Position numbers and translations under genes: made by a program | The notes under the pieces: generated by a model | What the model saw: the letters and a program-made list of their open reading frames with translations, nothing else | Told to the model about the DNA's origin: nothing | Database searches by the model: none | Assembly: GCA_037481815.1 (NCBI GenBank) | Contig: JBBFKX010000003.1 | Location: forward strand, 160,001-224,000 | Length of the DNA stretch: 64,000 nucleotides | Source of the DNA: a candidate division WOR-3 bacterium | GTDB taxonomy: Bacteria > Hydrothermota > 32-111 | Reading direction: 5' to 3' | Part shown: in pieces, positions 30,745 through 41,850 of the stretch | Position numbering within the stretch: the first letter of the stretch is position 1 | Layout of the letters: every line of letters begins with the position of its first letter

Positions 30745-32251
30745 TTTCAAGATAGTACAGAGTTTTGTTATCTATATTAACATTGTACTTCAAAATCAAA
30801 TAGGAGATATCGAGTAATAACAAAGATTTGAGTTTTCTATCATCAATTCTGGAAATCAACTGAAAAACTTCCTGTAAATTTTTATTGTTTAAACTGTTGT
30901 CCTCTTTTTTGAATGTCTCTTCGAGAAAAAGATACAGTAAAGGTATTTTTTCCTGATTCCCTTTTATTGATTTTATATATTCCAGACCTGATGTAAAATC
31001 ATTTCTGTATATATACATCTTGGAAATAATCGATGGATATTTTTTAAAATCCCTTTTCAAAATTTTTATAAACTCAAAACATGATGAAACACTTCCATAA
31101 TTCGCATACATCTCTGAAATAAGATGAAGATAGAACAAAACATTCTCATCATTATTTGCTTTCATTTCATTAATGAACAATTTTAAAAGTAAAAAACCTT
31201 TTTTATCTTCACCTTTTATCAGATATGTTTCGATCAATTTCAAAAACATTTCATTTTTTAATCTCTCATCTTTAACCATTGAAATATCTTCTATAAGCAG
31301 TTTCTCAATATTTTCATCGTTGTTAAATCTTAAAACCGAAAGTATCATTTTTATTCTTTCGACTCGTTTTGTTATGCTTTTTGCTTCTTTAATCGTCTCT
31401 TTAAAAGAATTTGCTAATTTCACTTTATCGTTTAAAAGATAATAATCGTTTGTCATCTGTGAAAGTAAAAGAGTTTTTTTAACATTATTTTTTATCCTAT
31501 CCTTGTTTTTATAAGCAAGATCCAGATACTTTTTTGAACTCAACGAATCACCTTTTTCGAAGAACTTTTCTGAAATCGTTAGTAAAATCTCAGGATCGTT
31601 TTCAAAACCGAGTTGGATTTCAACAAGTTTCGAATTCACTGAAAGGTTCAATTTTCTATAAGCATCAAAGAGTTCAACAAGAAGAAATGCTTTTTCATTT
31701 TTATTCTTCATTCGATTCGTTTCCCAGAATGCTGAACTTAAAAGAGAAAGAGATTTTGATATTTCTTTTACAAGTCCGAAACCTTTTCCCAGAAGAATCT
31801 TTGTCTGAGTTTTTTCAAAATCATTTTTGATATATGAAAGAAAAGTTTCAGAAAGTTCAAAATATTTTTTTGCCTTCGAAACATTTTGATCTCTCAGGTA
31901 TTCATTAGCGATTTTTAAATAGAATTTCGATTTAAAAGAATCGTTTAGGTTTTCTACCAGTTTTAACGCAAAATCATAATCTTTATTTTCGATGGCATCG
32001 TTAAAACTTCTTTCAACAGTTAAAACTTTTATTTCATCATTATCTATATTCCTCAATGTTCCTAAAAAGTTTTCAAAATTACCCTCTAGAAAATAATTTC
32101 TTGCAATCTTACAGTAGGTTTCATCATCAAACTCTTTAAAATTTCTTTTTTCGAGTGCTTTTTCAATAAAAAGTTGATTATATCTCTGAGAAGAATGAAT
32201 AAATATAAAAGAAAAAAGAATAAAAACTTTAAAAAATAAAATTTTCTTCAT
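30737..32251 (-). CDS. Secreted helical-repeat (TPR-like) hypothetical protein
   Basis: Signal peptide and repeated amphipathic helices; no clear family motif. Confidence 0.5.
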   Translation of the reverse strand: MKKILFFKVFILFSFIFIHSSQRYNQLFIEKALEKRNFKEFDDETYCKIARNYFLEGNFENFLGTLRNIDNDEIKVLTVERSFNDAIENKDYDFALKLVENLNDSFKSKFYLKIANEYLRDQNVSKAKKYFELSETFLSYIKNDFEKTQTKILLGKGFGLVKEISKSLSLLSSAFWETNRMKNKNEKAFLLVELFDAYRKLNLSVNSKLVEIQLGFENDPEILLTISEKFFEKGDSLSSKKYLDLAYKNKDRIKNNVKKTLLLSQMTNDYYLLNDKVKLANSFKETIKEAKSITKRVERIKMILSVLRFNNDENIEKLLIEDISMVKDERLKNEMFLKLIETYLIKGEDKKGFLLLKLFINEMKANNDENVLFYLHLISEMYANYGSVSSCFEFIKILKRDFKKYPSIISKMYIYRNDFTSGLEYIKSIKGNQEKIPLLYLFLEETFKKEDNSLNNKNLQEVFQLISRIDDRKLKSLLLLDISYLILKYNVNIDNKTLYYLETI

Positions 32252-32303
32252 AAAGCGTATTTTACCTATTTACTATTTTTTTTCAACACATATAATATCA
32301 ATA

Positions 32304-33410
32304 ATGAAAATTGGAATAGTACATGACTATTTGAACCAGTATGGTGGTGCTGAAAGGGTTTTAGAGGTCTTACTTGAGGTATTTCCGGAATCAACAGTTT
32401 TCACTTTAATCTATGACAAAAATAGAGTATCACCTGTTCTTTCAAGACATAAAATAAAAAAGTCATTTTTAAACAAATTTCCTTTTTCAAAATTCTATTA
32501 TGAATATCTTTTACCCTTTTATCCAGCAGCGATTGAATCTTTTGATACAAGAGATTTCGATATCATAATCTCAAACTCCTCTGCTTGGGCAAAAGGTGTT
32601 ATAACAAATACAAAAACACTTCATGTAACCTATTGTCTCAATCCTATGAGATTTGTATGGGAATCATTTTTCCCCTTAGTTAACAAGAGAGGAGTTGTGA
32701 GTAAAGGGCTTAAACTGATTTTAAGTCAAATAAGATTATGGGATGAAGTTTCATCAAAAAGACCAGATTTTTATATAACGATCTCTAAAACTGTCCAGAA
32801 AAGATTAAAAAAATATTATGATATAGAATCTCCTATAATTTATCCGCCTGTAAACACCGATTATTTCGTTCCAGATATCAACAAAAGACAGGAGGAATTC
32901 TTTTTGATAGTTTCCCGCTTGAAACCTTATAAATCTATTGAACTTGCGATAAAGGCATTCAATATATTGAAAAGACCTCTGGTGATAATCGGAGAAGGAA
33001 CACATTACAACTATTTAAAATCGATTTCTGAAAAGAACATTCAATTTTTAAATTATGTTGATGACAGAAAGTTGCTTTCTTATTATCAAAGATGTAGAGC
33101 ACTTGTGTTTCCTCAGGTTGAAGATTTCGGAATAGTGTCTCTTGAAGCACAGGCGTGTGGCAAACCTGTTATCGCTTTGAAAATGGGGGGAGCTGTTGAA
33201 ACCATTGTTGAAAACAAGACAGGCGTTTTCTTTGAGAAACAGAATGTTGATTCTCTTATCGATGCTGTCAACAGATTTGACAGGATGACCTTTTCAGTGG
33301 AGGATTGTAGAAACAACTCGTTGAGATTTTCAAAAGAAAGATTTAAAAAGGAGTTTAAAGATAAAGTGTTTGAATACTATGAAATATACAAAAGGGAGAT
33401 GGAGATATGA
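32304..33410 (+). CDS. GT4 family glycosyltransferase
   Basis: IVHDYLNQYGGAERV, IYPPV, SRLKPYK and EDFGIVSLEAQACGKPV motifs. Confidence 0.92.
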   Translation: MKIGIVHDYLNQYGGAERVLEVLLEVFPESTVFTLIYDKNRVSPVLSRHKIKKSFLNKFPFSKFYYEYLLPFYPAAIESFDTRDFDIIISNSSAWAKGVITNTKTLHVTYCLNPMRFVWESFFPLVNKRGVVSKGLKLILSQIRLWDEVSSKRPDFYITISKTVQKRLKKYYDIESPIIYPPVNTDYFVPDINKRQEEFFLIVSRLKPYKSIELAIKAFNILKRPLVIIGEGTHYNYLKSISEKNIQFLNYVDDRKLLSYYQRCRALVFPQVEDFGIVSLEAQACGKPVIALKMGGAVETIVENKTGVFFEKQNVDSLIDAVNRFDRMTFSVEDCRNNSLRFSKERFKKEFKDKVFEYYEIYKREMEI

Positions 33411-34282
33411 ATCTTTTTCCACTTTCTTTAACGATGGATAAAGAGGATATAAAAATTTTGGGAATGAGTATGAATGAAATCAACAGTTTTTCGAGAATAG
33501 AAAACAGTTTTGACCTTGTAAAAAATCTTGAAAAAATTTTAAGTAAATTTTTTGAAAATATAACCTTATCTCAGAATTTAATTCCACAGAATCTATTTAT
33601 AATCGGAGAAAAAAACAAACTCCATTTAGGTAAAAATATAAAGGTTGAAGGACTAACGATAATCAATCTTACAAAAGGAGAAGTTTTTATTTCCGATAAT
33701 ACAGTGTTAAAAAATTTCAATTCTATAGAAGGACCTGTTTTCATAGGTGAAGGGAATCTTTTAGATTCTGCAACGATAAGAGGACCATTCGTTTCTGGAA
33801 AGGTGTGCAAACTGTCTGGAGAGATTGAAGAATCGATCTTTTTTGATTATGTCAACAAACATCATTATGGGTTCATAGGACATTCGATAATTTGCAGTTG
33901 GGTAAACCTTGGTGCTGGGACAACGAATTCAGATCTCAAGAATAACTATTCCACTGTAAGAATTTTTAATGGCGAGAATTTCGTTGATAGTGGGATGCAA
34001 AAATTGGGATGTATCATAGGAGAACACACAAAAACAGCCATAGGAACAATGATAAACACGGGAACAGTTATAGGACCTTTTTCAAACATCTTCCTCGATA
34101 TAAAAAACAAAAAGTATATAAAACCTTTTTCATGGGGAGACGATTCCAATATCTATGATATTGAAAAATTGATAACTGACATAAAAAAAGTTATGGCAAG
34201 AAGGAACGAAACTCCCTCCGAAAATTATGTAGAAAGGGTAAAAAATCTATATACGATCTATTCTTCGGGTCTATCGTCTTGA
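33407..34282 (+). CDS. Left-handed beta-helix (hexapeptide) protein resembling the GlmU/sugar-1-phosphate transferase C-terminal domain
   Basis: NKHHYGFIGHS, WVNLGAGTTNSDLKNNY and KLGCIIGEHTKTAIGTMINTG; N-terminal nucleotidyltransferase domain largely absent. Confidence 0.75.
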   Translation: MNLFPLSLTMDKEDIKILGMSMNEINSFSRIENSFDLVKNLEKILSKFFENITLSQNLIPQNLFIIGEKNKLHLGKNIKVEGLTIINLTKGEVFISDNTVLKNFNSIEGPVFIGEGNLLDSATIRGPFVSGKVCKLSGEIEESIFFDYVNKHHYGFIGHSIICSWVNLGAGTTNSDLKNNYSTVRIFNGENFVDSGMQKLGCIIGEHTKTAIGTMINTGTVIGPFSNIFLDIKNKKYIKPFSWGDDSNIYDIEKLITDIKKVMARRNETPSENYVERVKNLYTIYSSGLSS

Positions 34283-36462
34283 GAGTCATTTTCGTCAATT
34301 GCCTGAGTATGATTACATTTAATACATTTATATTTATCTTTTATCCTAACCATCCCTTCAAAACCACATTTCATACATTTTATCCTTTCAGGTTTTGACC
34401 AGAGAACAAAATCACATTTGGGATAGTTTGAACAACCGTAAAAAACCTTTCCTTTTGAACTTTTCCTTTGAACGATATCCCCATCATCCTTTGGACATTT
34501 GATTCCAAGAGAATAATTCTTGGTAAATTTACATTTCGGATAATCTGAACAGGAAATAAACTTTCCATATTTTCCATTTTTCACAACGAGTTCTTTTCCA
34601 CATATTGGACATTTTTCATCAAGTTTTTCTTCTTCTTCAACTATCGGTTTTGCATTCGAACATTTTGGATAGTTAGTACATGATAAAAATTTTCCATATC
34701 TTCCCCATCTGATGACCATTGGTGAACCACATTTTTCGCACAGTTGATCGGTTTTCTGCTGAACACTCTTTGAAACCTCTTTACTGTTTCCATTAGCATT
34801 TTTTAAATCCTTCTCAAGTTGAGAATAAAAATCTTTTAAAACTTCTTTTCTCAAAAATTTCCCTTCAACAATCTGATCAAGTTTTTCTTCCATTTTCGCC
34901 GTAAAACCAGCATCAAAAATGTCAGGAAACCATCTTATTAAAAGATTGTTCACGGTTTCACCAAGTTCCGTGGGTTTAAAAAATCTCTTTTCTCTTAAAA
35001 CATATTCCCTTTTCAAAAGAATATCGATAATTGAGGCATAGGTTGAAGGTCTTCCAATACCTTTCTGTTCAAGCGCTTTTACAAGGGTGGCATCTGTATA
35101 TCTTGATGGTGGCTGTGTTTCCTCTTTTTTTATCTGTGATTCTTCAAGTTTTACATCATCGTTCCTGGCAACTTCAGGTATATCATTTTTCAGGTTTCTG
35201 AAATCACCGTAAGGATAAATTTTTAAAAAGCCATCGAATTTCAATCTGTTCCCTACACCTCTAAAGTAAAATTTTCCACCTTCTATATCAACGGTCGTAT
35301 AAGTGTAGATTCCATTCTTCATCTGTGTCGCAACACTTCTTTTCCATATAAGAGAATAAAGTTTATACTGATCCTTTGAAAGGTATTTTTCAACTTTTTC
35401 GGGTGTGAGTTCGACATCTGTAACTCTTATCGCCTCGTGGGCGTCCTGCGATGATTTTGAACTTTCATATATGTTTATCTTTTCAGAAAGATAATCTTTT
35501 GATATGTTTTTTTCTATGTAATCCCTTATCATCTTTATCCCATCTTCACTCATCCTTGTGGAATCGGTTCTCATATAGGTTATCAGACCTGTCATCGTAT
35601 TCTCAATCTTAACCCCCTCATAGAGTTGTTGGGCTATACTCATCGTTTTTTTTGCAGGGAAACCCAAAATGTTTGCTGCTGCCTGTTGGAGAGTACTTGT
35701 GATAAATGGAGGATAAGGTTTTATAGATTTATCGTCAAAAGAAACATTTTTTATAATGAACTTTTCCTGTTTTAAAAGATCTACAATCCCTTTTGCTTTT
35801 GTTTCCTCTTCAAAAACCGCTTTGTCATTATTGTACTTTATAAGATCAGCGAAAAACGAACCATTTTTATGTTTAAATTTTCCCTTTATTTTAAAAGTTA
35901 CTTTACTTTTAAAATTCCTTATTTTCTCTTCCTTTTCACAAATAAACCTCAACGCAACTGACTGAACTCTTCCTGCTGAAAGACCTTTTTTTATAACCTT
36001 CCATAAAAACGGACTAATGAGATAGCCAACCAGACGGTCAAGAATTCTTCTCGCGTACTGCGATTCGACAAGATTCATGTTTATATCTTTCGGATTTTCA
36101 AGACCCTCTTTTATTCCTTTTTTCGTTATCTCATAGAATAGAACCCTTTTTGCTTTCGATTTTATCTGATCATCCATTATTGAAACTATATGAAATGCTA
36201 TTGCCTCTCCTTCTCTATCAGGATCAGTTGCAATAAAGATCTTTTCGCTTTTCAAACTCTCTTCTTTTATCTGTGAAATTATTTTTGTCTTATTTTGAAT
36301 CAATCGAAAATCAGGTTCAAAATCTTTTTCTATGTTTATTCCGAGAACCTTTTCAGGTAAATCGATTATGTGCCCTTTTGACGATAACACTTTAAAATCT
36401 TTCCCAGCATAATTTTCTATCGTCTTCGCTTTTGTTGGTGATTCAACAATGATAAGTTTCAA
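34258..36462 (-). CDS. topA: DNA topoisomerase I
   Basis: LIIVESPTKAKTI, ATDPDREGE, SAGRVQS, catalytic LITYMRTDS and C-terminal zinc ribbons. Confidence 0.97.
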   Translation of the reverse strand: MKLIIVESPTKAKTIENYAGKDFKVLSSKGHIIDLPEKVLGINIEKDFEPDFRLIQNKTKIISQIKEESLKSEKIFIATDPDREGEAIAFHIVSIMDDQIKSKAKRVLFYEITKKGIKEGLENPKDINMNLVESQYARRILDRLVGYLISPFLWKVIKKGLSAGRVQSVALRFICEKEEKIRNFKSKVTFKIKGKFKHKNGSFFADLIKYNNDKAVFEEETKAKGIVDLLKQEKFIIKNVSFDDKSIKPYPPFITSTLQQAAANILGFPAKKTMSIAQQLYEGVKIENTMTGLITYMRTDSTRMSEDGIKMIRDYIEKNISKDYLSEKINIYESSKSSQDAHEAIRVTDVELTPEKVEKYLSKDQYKLYSLIWKRSVATQMKNGIYTYTTVDIEGGKFYFRGVGNRLKFDGFLKIYPYGDFRNLKNDIPEVARNDDVKLEESQIKKEETQPPSRYTDATLVKALEQKGIGRPSTYASIIDILLKREYVLREKRFFKPTELGETVNNLLIRWFPDIFDAGFTAKMEEKLDQIVEGKFLRKEVLKDFYSQLEKDLKNANGNSKEVSKSVQQKTDQLCEKCGSPMVIRWGRYGKFLSCTNYPKCSNAKPIVEEEEKLDEKCPICGKELVVKNGKYGKFISCSDYPKCKFTKNYSLGIKCPKDDGDIVQRKSSKGKVFYGCSNYPKCDFVLWSKPERIKCMKCGFEGMVRIKDKYKCIKCNHTQAIDENDSQDDRPEE

Positions 36463-37439
36463 TTACTCTCCTTGTCTAAATTCCAGAGATAATTCAAAAC
36501 ATCCAAAAAATCCTCTGGTAAAGGTGAATAGAACGACACAGTTCTACCATCTGAAGGATGTCTGAATGTCAATGATACTGAGTGTAGCGCCTGTCTATCA
36601 ATAAGTCCGTTAATATTATCAAAATGTTTTTTCAAGTCAACAGGGAGATTTTTTAATGCTAGATGAATATTTTTTTTGTATTCCTGATCACCAACCACAG
36701 GATGTTCTATATGATGCATGTGGACTCTTATCTGATGTGTTCTTCCAGTTTGGAGGTTGACTTTCAGAAGAGAACATATTTTAAAATTTTTTAAAACCCT
36801 GTAAACAGTTATCGCTTCTTTACTGTTAACATCGGTTACAGTCATAAGTTTTCTATCAACATTACTCCTTCCTATCGGAGCATTTATCTCTCCAACCTTT
36901 CTTGTAAAACTTCCCCACACCAGAGCAAGATAGGTTCTTTTAACTCTCCTTCTTTCTATCTCGTTAGCAAGATACTGATGTGCTCTTTCATTTTTTGCAA
37001 AAACCATCACACCACTTGTATCCTTATCAAGTCGATGGACAACACCAGGTCTCTGTTCATCTCCTCCCGATAATTTTGTATGGTGGAGTAAAGCGTTCAC
37101 AATCGTCCCTTCCCTGTTTCCCTTTGCCGGGTGAACAACCATTCCTTTTTCTTTATCTATAACTATAATATCATCATCCTCATACAGGATCTTTAAAGGT
37201 ATATCTTCGGGTTGAAGATCTGTTTTTACGAGTATCTCGTATTCCACAAGTATATGATCTCCCTTTTTAACTTTATAAGACGGTTTTTCAATCTTTCCGT
37301 TAACTAACACCTTACCATCTTCTATAAGTTTTATTATCCTCGTTCTTGATAATCTGACTCCAAGAGATTTTAAAAAAACATCCAATCTTGATGATGGGTT
37401 TTCACTCTTTACATTATGTTCTATTCTAAATTTTGCCAT
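36459..37439 (-). CDS. rluD: RluA/RluD family pseudouridine synthase with S4 domain
   Basis: S4 domain, RPGVVHRLDKDTSG, TGRTHQIRVH and RQALH. Confidence 0.9.
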   Translation of the reverse strand: MAKFRIEHNVKSENPSSRLDVFLKSLGVRLSRTRIIKLIEDGKVLVNGKIEKPSYKVKKGDHILVEYEILVKTDLQPEDIPLKILYEDDDIIVIDKEKGMVVHPAKGNREGTIVNALLHHTKLSGGDEQRPGVVHRLDKDTSGVMVFAKNERAHQYLANEIERRRVKRTYLALVWGSFTRKVGEINAPIGRSNVDRKLMTVTDVNSKEAITVYRVLKNFKICSLLKVNLQTGRTHQIRVHMHHIEHPVVGDQEYKKNIHLALKNLPVDLKKHFDNINGLIDRQALHSVSLTFRHPSDGRTVSFYSPLPEDFLDVLNYLWNLDKESN

Positions 37440-38139
37440 ATTTAACTTTTTTCTTAGAAAAATCGATAATTTTCAATATTTCCTTTTTTGCCTTTTCAAA
37501 AATTTTATCAAAATCCTCTTTTGAGATATTATCCCTTTCTGAAGTTCCCTGTATTTCAACTATTTTTCCCTGATCATCGAGAACGAAATTGAAATCTGAG
37601 GAAGATTTTGAATCATTTTCGTAATCAAGATCTATCACAATCTTTTGATCAACGATCCCACCACTTATCGCTCCAATGTAAGTTTTAAATGGATTTTCAG
37701 TAATAACTCCTTCTTTTAAAAGATTAGCAACCAGTACATACAAAACAGCCATTCCACCATTTATCGAAGCACATCTTGTTCCACCATCTGCAACGATAAC
37801 ATCACAATCAACTATTATTGAAACATTTTTCATTTTACAAAGATCAACAGAAGCTCTCAAAGATCTACCGATCAAACGCTGTATTTCCGTTGACCTACTG
37901 TTGATCTTTCCCCTTTCTCTCTCTATCCTGTTTGTAGACGATCTCGGTAACATAGCGTATTCAGCTGTTATCCAACCACTCTCATCTGGGTTTATGAAAG
38001 GTGGTAATTTTCTTTGAAGGGTCGCAACACACAACACCTGTGTATTCCCCATAGAAACAAGGCAACTCGCTTTTTCATTTTTCAAATAGTTCATCTTTAA
38101 AGAATATTCTCTCAAAATTCCTCCTATTTCCCGATACAA
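37426..38139 (-). CDS. rph: Ribonuclease PH
   Basis: GWITAEYAMLP, RSTEIQRLIGRSLR, DCDVIVADGGTRCASI, DLDYEND and EIQGT. Confidence 0.93.
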   Translation of the reverse strand: MYREIGGILREYSLKMNYLKNEKASCLVSMGNTQVLCVATLQRKLPPFINPDESGWITAEYAMLPRSSTNRIERERGKINSRSTEIQRLIGRSLRASVDLCKMKNVSIIVDCDVIVADGGTRCASINGGMAVLYVLVANLLKEGVITENPFKTYIGAISGGIVDQKIVIDLDYENDSKSSSDFNFVLDDQGKIVEIQGTSERDNISKEDFDKIFEKAKKEILKIIDFSKKKVKYGKI

Positions 38140-39431
38140 AAATTCGAAAAGATTCTGTCAAGGATTTCATCATCGGTTATTTTCCCAAGCAACATATCGC
38201 ATCGTTCTATTATATTTTTTAAATGAAAATCTATTATTTCCGGTTCATGTTTCAAATTCAAACTTTCGAGTTTTTCCATTTCATCAAACATCTTTTCAAC
38301 CACATTGAACTGATGTTGCGAAACTATTATCGTTTCATCAGAAAAATTGATTTTTTTAAAAATCTCTTCATTCAGAATGTTTAAATTCTCTCCTGTCAAA
38401 GCCGAGATTTTTATTCCCTTATACTGAGGAGAGTTCGACAGATCACATTTGTTTCCAACGATTAACGGATCTTTATGTTCTATCATCTGAAGAATCTTTT
38501 TGTCCTCCTCCAACATGCCTTTTGTTAAATCGTAAACGAAAATAACCACATCGGATGCTTCGATTTTTTGAAACAGGAGTTCTATCCCCCTTTTTTCGAT
38601 CGGATCATCTGTATCCCTTATACCACAACCATCTGTTAAATTAACAGGTATTCCTTTTACATCTATCCATTCCGATATAAAATCTCTCGTTGTGCCTTCA
38701 AACTCTGATACTATCGCTCTTTCCTCTTTCAGCAACCTGTTGAAAAGTGTTGATTTCCCCGTATTACTCCTTCCAACAAGAACAACTCTGATTCCTTTAT
38801 CCATTATCCTTCCACTTGAAATCGATCTTTTTAAACTTTCAAGTTCAGATTTAACCTTTTTAAACTCTTTTTTAAAATTATCAAACGACCAATCAACATC
38901 GTCTGGAAAATCGATAGCACTTTGAACATAAGTTTTCAAAGATAAAAAAGCCTCTTTTATATTTTTGATTTTTTGAGAGAATTCTCCCATCTCATTTTTC
39001 AACGATAAAAAAAGTGATCTTTCAGTTTTAGAATTTATTATCTGCAGTATCGACTCGGCCTGAACAAGATCGATCTTTCCGTTCAAAAACGCTCTCTTTG
39101 TAAACTCTCCCCTTTCAGCTTCTCGAAGATTTAAAGATTTCAACAGTTTTAAAAATGTTTCAACAACAGCGAATCCACCATGTAAGGAGATTTCAGCCAT
39201 ATCTTCGCCTGTATAACTGTTTGGAGAAAAAAAAGTTGTTATGACAGAATGATCATACACTTTTCCTTCGTATTTTATATAATCAACATAAACTTTATGA
39301 TGGGCGAACTTTTCTATTGAAGTTATCTTTTTTAATATTTCAAAGGTCTCAGAACCAGAAATTCTGACAACTGTTATAGCAGAATTACCAACAAGAGTTA
39401 TCGGTGCAAATATTGTATCATTTTTTACCAT
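38124..39431 (-). CDS. mnmE: tRNA modification GTPase MnmE
   Basis: DTIFA, SYTGED, GEFTKRAFLNGK, GRSNTGKS, GTTRD, NKCD and C-terminal FCIGK. Confidence 0.95.
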   Translation of the reverse strand: MVKNDTIFAPITLVGNSAITVVRISGSETFEILKKITSIEKFAHHKVYVDYIKYEGKVYDHSVITTFFSPNSYTGEDMAEISLHGGFAVVETFLKLLKSLNLREAERGEFTKRAFLNGKIDLVQAESILQIINSKTERSLFLSLKNEMGEFSQKIKNIKEAFLSLKTYVQSAIDFPDDVDWSFDNFKKEFKKVKSELESLKRSISSGRIMDKGIRVVLVGRSNTGKSTLFNRLLKEERAIVSEFEGTTRDFISEWIDVKGIPVNLTDGCGIRDTDDPIEKRGIELLFQKIEASDVVIFVYDLTKGMLEEDKKILQMIEHKDPLIVGNKCDLSNSPQYKGIKISALTGENLNILNEEIFKKINFSDETIIVSQHQFNVVEKMFDEMEKLESLNLKHEPEIIDFHLKNIIERCDMLLGKITDDEILDRIFSNFCIGK

Positions 39432-40080
39432 TTTTCAGGAATCTGTTTCTCCTTTTCTGTTTAACATAACCTTTGATATCAAGGTAAACTGGCCTCGTGA
39501 ATTTTTCTTTTATCAACATTTTGTTCAAAAGATGTTGTAAAGCATCTATAGTTTTTCCATTTTTTCCAATCAAAAGATTGGCATCGGGGGTATCCTTTAT
39601 AATGATTCGATACTTGTTGTTCAAACAACTTATCTCAGGTTCAACAGAAAAGCCCATCAGTTCGGTTAATCTCTTGAATTTTTCCTCTATGATTTTTATC
39701 TGTGATAATTCTTTCGTTGATCCATTAACATTTTCTTTAAGATTTTCATTTTTTTCTTTTATTTCTTCTTCAGAAACTCCATTGTTCTTTTCGGTTGAAA
39801 CTTTTTCAAGAATTTCGTTTATGTTTATTTTTTCTTTTTTCTGTTCCTCAACCTTTTCTTCTTTCTTGAGAAGTTCTTCAGGTATCCGCCCATTCAAAAG
39901 GTGTAATCTAACAACCGCTTTCTTTTTGCCGAACTTTAAAAAACCATTCTGAGGTTCATTGATTATTTCAACATCAACATTATCGATCGTTGTTTTTAAA
40001 AGTTCAACTCCTTTTTCTATCGCTTTTTCAACCGTTTCATCCTCAACATCAATATATTTTTTTTCTTTATCCATAATCAT
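39418..40080 (-). CDS. Jag/KhpB-like RNA-binding protein (Jag_N plus KH, no R3H)
   Basis: TVEKAIEKG...VEII...GFLKFGKKKAVVR, KH motif LLIGKNGKTIDALQ; between yidC and mnmE. Confidence 0.8.
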   Translation of the reverse strand: MIMDKEKKYIDVEDETVEKAIEKGVELLKTTIDNVDVEIINEPQNGFLKFGKKKAVVRLHLLNGRIPEELLKKEEKVEEQKKEKININEILEKVSTEKNNGVSEEEIKEKNENLKENVNGSTKELSQIKIIEEKFKRLTELMGFSVEPEISCLNNKYRIIIKDTPDANLLIGKNGKTIDALQHLLNKMLIKEKFTRPVYLDIKGYVKQKRRNRFLKNGKK

Positions 40081-41663
40081 TCTCCCATCTGTTTCTTTAT
40101 ACTGTTTTTTATTAAGATCTGTTGTCCAACAGACAAAATATTATAAATAAACCAGTAAAGGTTTATTCCTGAAGGCATATTTAAAAATAAGATTGTGATC
40201 ATTACAGGCATTATGTAAACAAGCATTTTTTGTGATTCATCTGTTGCTGTTGAAGAAATCTTCTGGGAAACGAACATCGTTATACCTGTTAAAATTGGAA
40301 GCACATAGAAAGGATCCTTATATGAAAGATCTTTTATCCAGAAGGCAAAAGGTGCCTGTCTCAATTCAATCGTTGTTCTTAATATAGCGTAAAGAGCGAA
40401 AAAGATAGGCATCTGTATCAAAAGAGGTAAACATCCCATAAAAGGATTTATTCCAGATTTTTTATAGAGATTCATCGTTTCGGTATTGAGTTTTTGTGGA
40501 TCTTTAGCATACTTTTTCTTCAACTCTTCAAGTTGTGGTTGAATCATCTGCATCTTTCTCATCGATGAAAAAGAAGTAAAAGTCAAAGGTGAAAAGATTA
40601 TTATCAAAATTATAGAAAGCAGTATGATTATCACTCCATAATTTGGAATGAATCCATACATGAATATTAAAAAAGAAAGTATCAATTTGCTTATTGGTTG
40701 TATCCAAGACCACCCAAAATCGGGAAGTTTGTCCATTCCATTCTTTAATTGCTTTAAAATTCTGTAATCTATTGGTCCAACATAAAAATCAACTGAATCT
40801 GAGAGGATCGAGAACTGAGTTTCCAGTTTCTTATCTTCAAGTTTTTTTACCTGTATGTTATCACCTTTTCCAATAATTCCAGCAAAGAAATATTTTGTCT
40901 GAACTCCCATCCAATCATAATTGCCTGAATAGTTTGAGATGTTTTTAACACTTTTTTCCTTTATCCTGTAAATGTTATTGAAACTATGATAACTCACTCC
41001 ATAGTACTGCAACTCATCAGATATATTGTCTTCAGTAAAAGAAATACCTTTTTCGAAAATGTATTCCTTTTTATCAAGTGGTATATTTGAACTTATCTTT
41101 TGTGTTATAAGATAACTTCCCTTTTTAAAAATAAAAGTTCTCGTTATCCTTATAGTATCAAAAAATCCCACAAGAACCAGTGAGTCAACTTCATTTTTTA
41201 ACGGGTTTATATCACCTGTATAGACAGGAAAAAAATTGATGTTCGAAAAATCCAGAATAAGATTGTTAGATTTTATAATAAGTTTAAAAAGTTTTTGACC
41301 ATCGTTTAAAAGTTCAAGAGAATCGCCTTTTCTCGTCTTATAATTTTTTAAAATTAGAGATGAAAAAGAACCTGATAAAGACGAGATTTTTCCCTTCAAA
41401 AGATCTGTTTCAAAATAAAGCAGAGTTGTATCTTTTGGTAAGATATAATTTTCTGGAGATCTCTGCTGCAAGGTTTCTATCTTTTTTGAGGTTGTGTCAA
41501 CTCTGTCAACACTCAAACTATCATTTGTTGTGCTCTGAACAACAGATGTTTTTGGTGTCATATAAGAATAATAAGCAAAGATTAAAATTATCAACAAAAA
41601 CATGATGAGCATTTTCGTTGAATTGTTCATAAATAAACTCCTATTCGAGCGGATCGTATCCAC
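40077..41663 (-). CDS. yidC: Membrane protein insertase YidC
   Basis: Periplasmic domain, DFGW, NYGVIII, GCLPLLIQMPIF, WIKDLS and PSGINLYW. Start may be 41630. Confidence 0.95.
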   Translation of the reverse strand: MDTIRSNRSLFMNNSTKMLIMFLLIILIFAYYSYMTPKTSVVQSTTNDSLSVDRVDTTSKKIETLQQRSPENYILPKDTTLLYFETDLLKGKISSLSGSFSSLILKNYKTRKGDSLELLNDGQKLFKLIIKSNNLILDFSNINFFPVYTGDINPLKNEVDSLVLVGFFDTIRITRTFIFKKGSYLITQKISSNIPLDKKEYIFEKGISFTEDNISDELQYYGVSYHSFNNIYRIKEKSVKNISNYSGNYDWMGVQTKYFFAGIIGKGDNIQVKKLEDKKLETQFSILSDSVDFYVGPIDYRILKQLKNGMDKLPDFGWSWIQPISKLILSFLIFMYGFIPNYGVIIILLSIILIIIFSPLTFTSFSSMRKMQMIQPQLEELKKKYAKDPQKLNTETMNLYKKSGINPFMGCLPLLIQMPIFFALYAILRTTIELRQAPFAFWIKDLSYKDPFYVLPILTGITMFVSQKISSTATDESQKMLVYIMPVMITILFLNMPSGINLYWFIYNILSVGQQILIKNSIKKQMGE

Positions 41664-41850
41664 CCTTTGAAAATGGGTTACATCTTAAAATTCTTTTGAT
41701 AGTCAAAAAAGATGCTTTGAAAAAATTATATTTTTGGTATGCCTGTAAGGAATATTCCGAACAGGTTGGAGTAAAACGACAGGTTGGAGGAAACATTGGT
41801 GAAACATATTTTTTATATACCTTAATAAAATAGATGAAGATTCTATTCAT
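41641..41850 (-). CDS. yidD: Membrane protein insertion efficiency factor
   Basis: CRFTPTCSEY and RILRCNPFSKGGYDP. Confidence 0.95.
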   Translation of the reverse strand: MNRIFIYFIKVYKKYVSPMFPPTCRFTPTCSEYSLQAYQKYNFFKASFLTIKRILRCNPFSKGGYDPLE

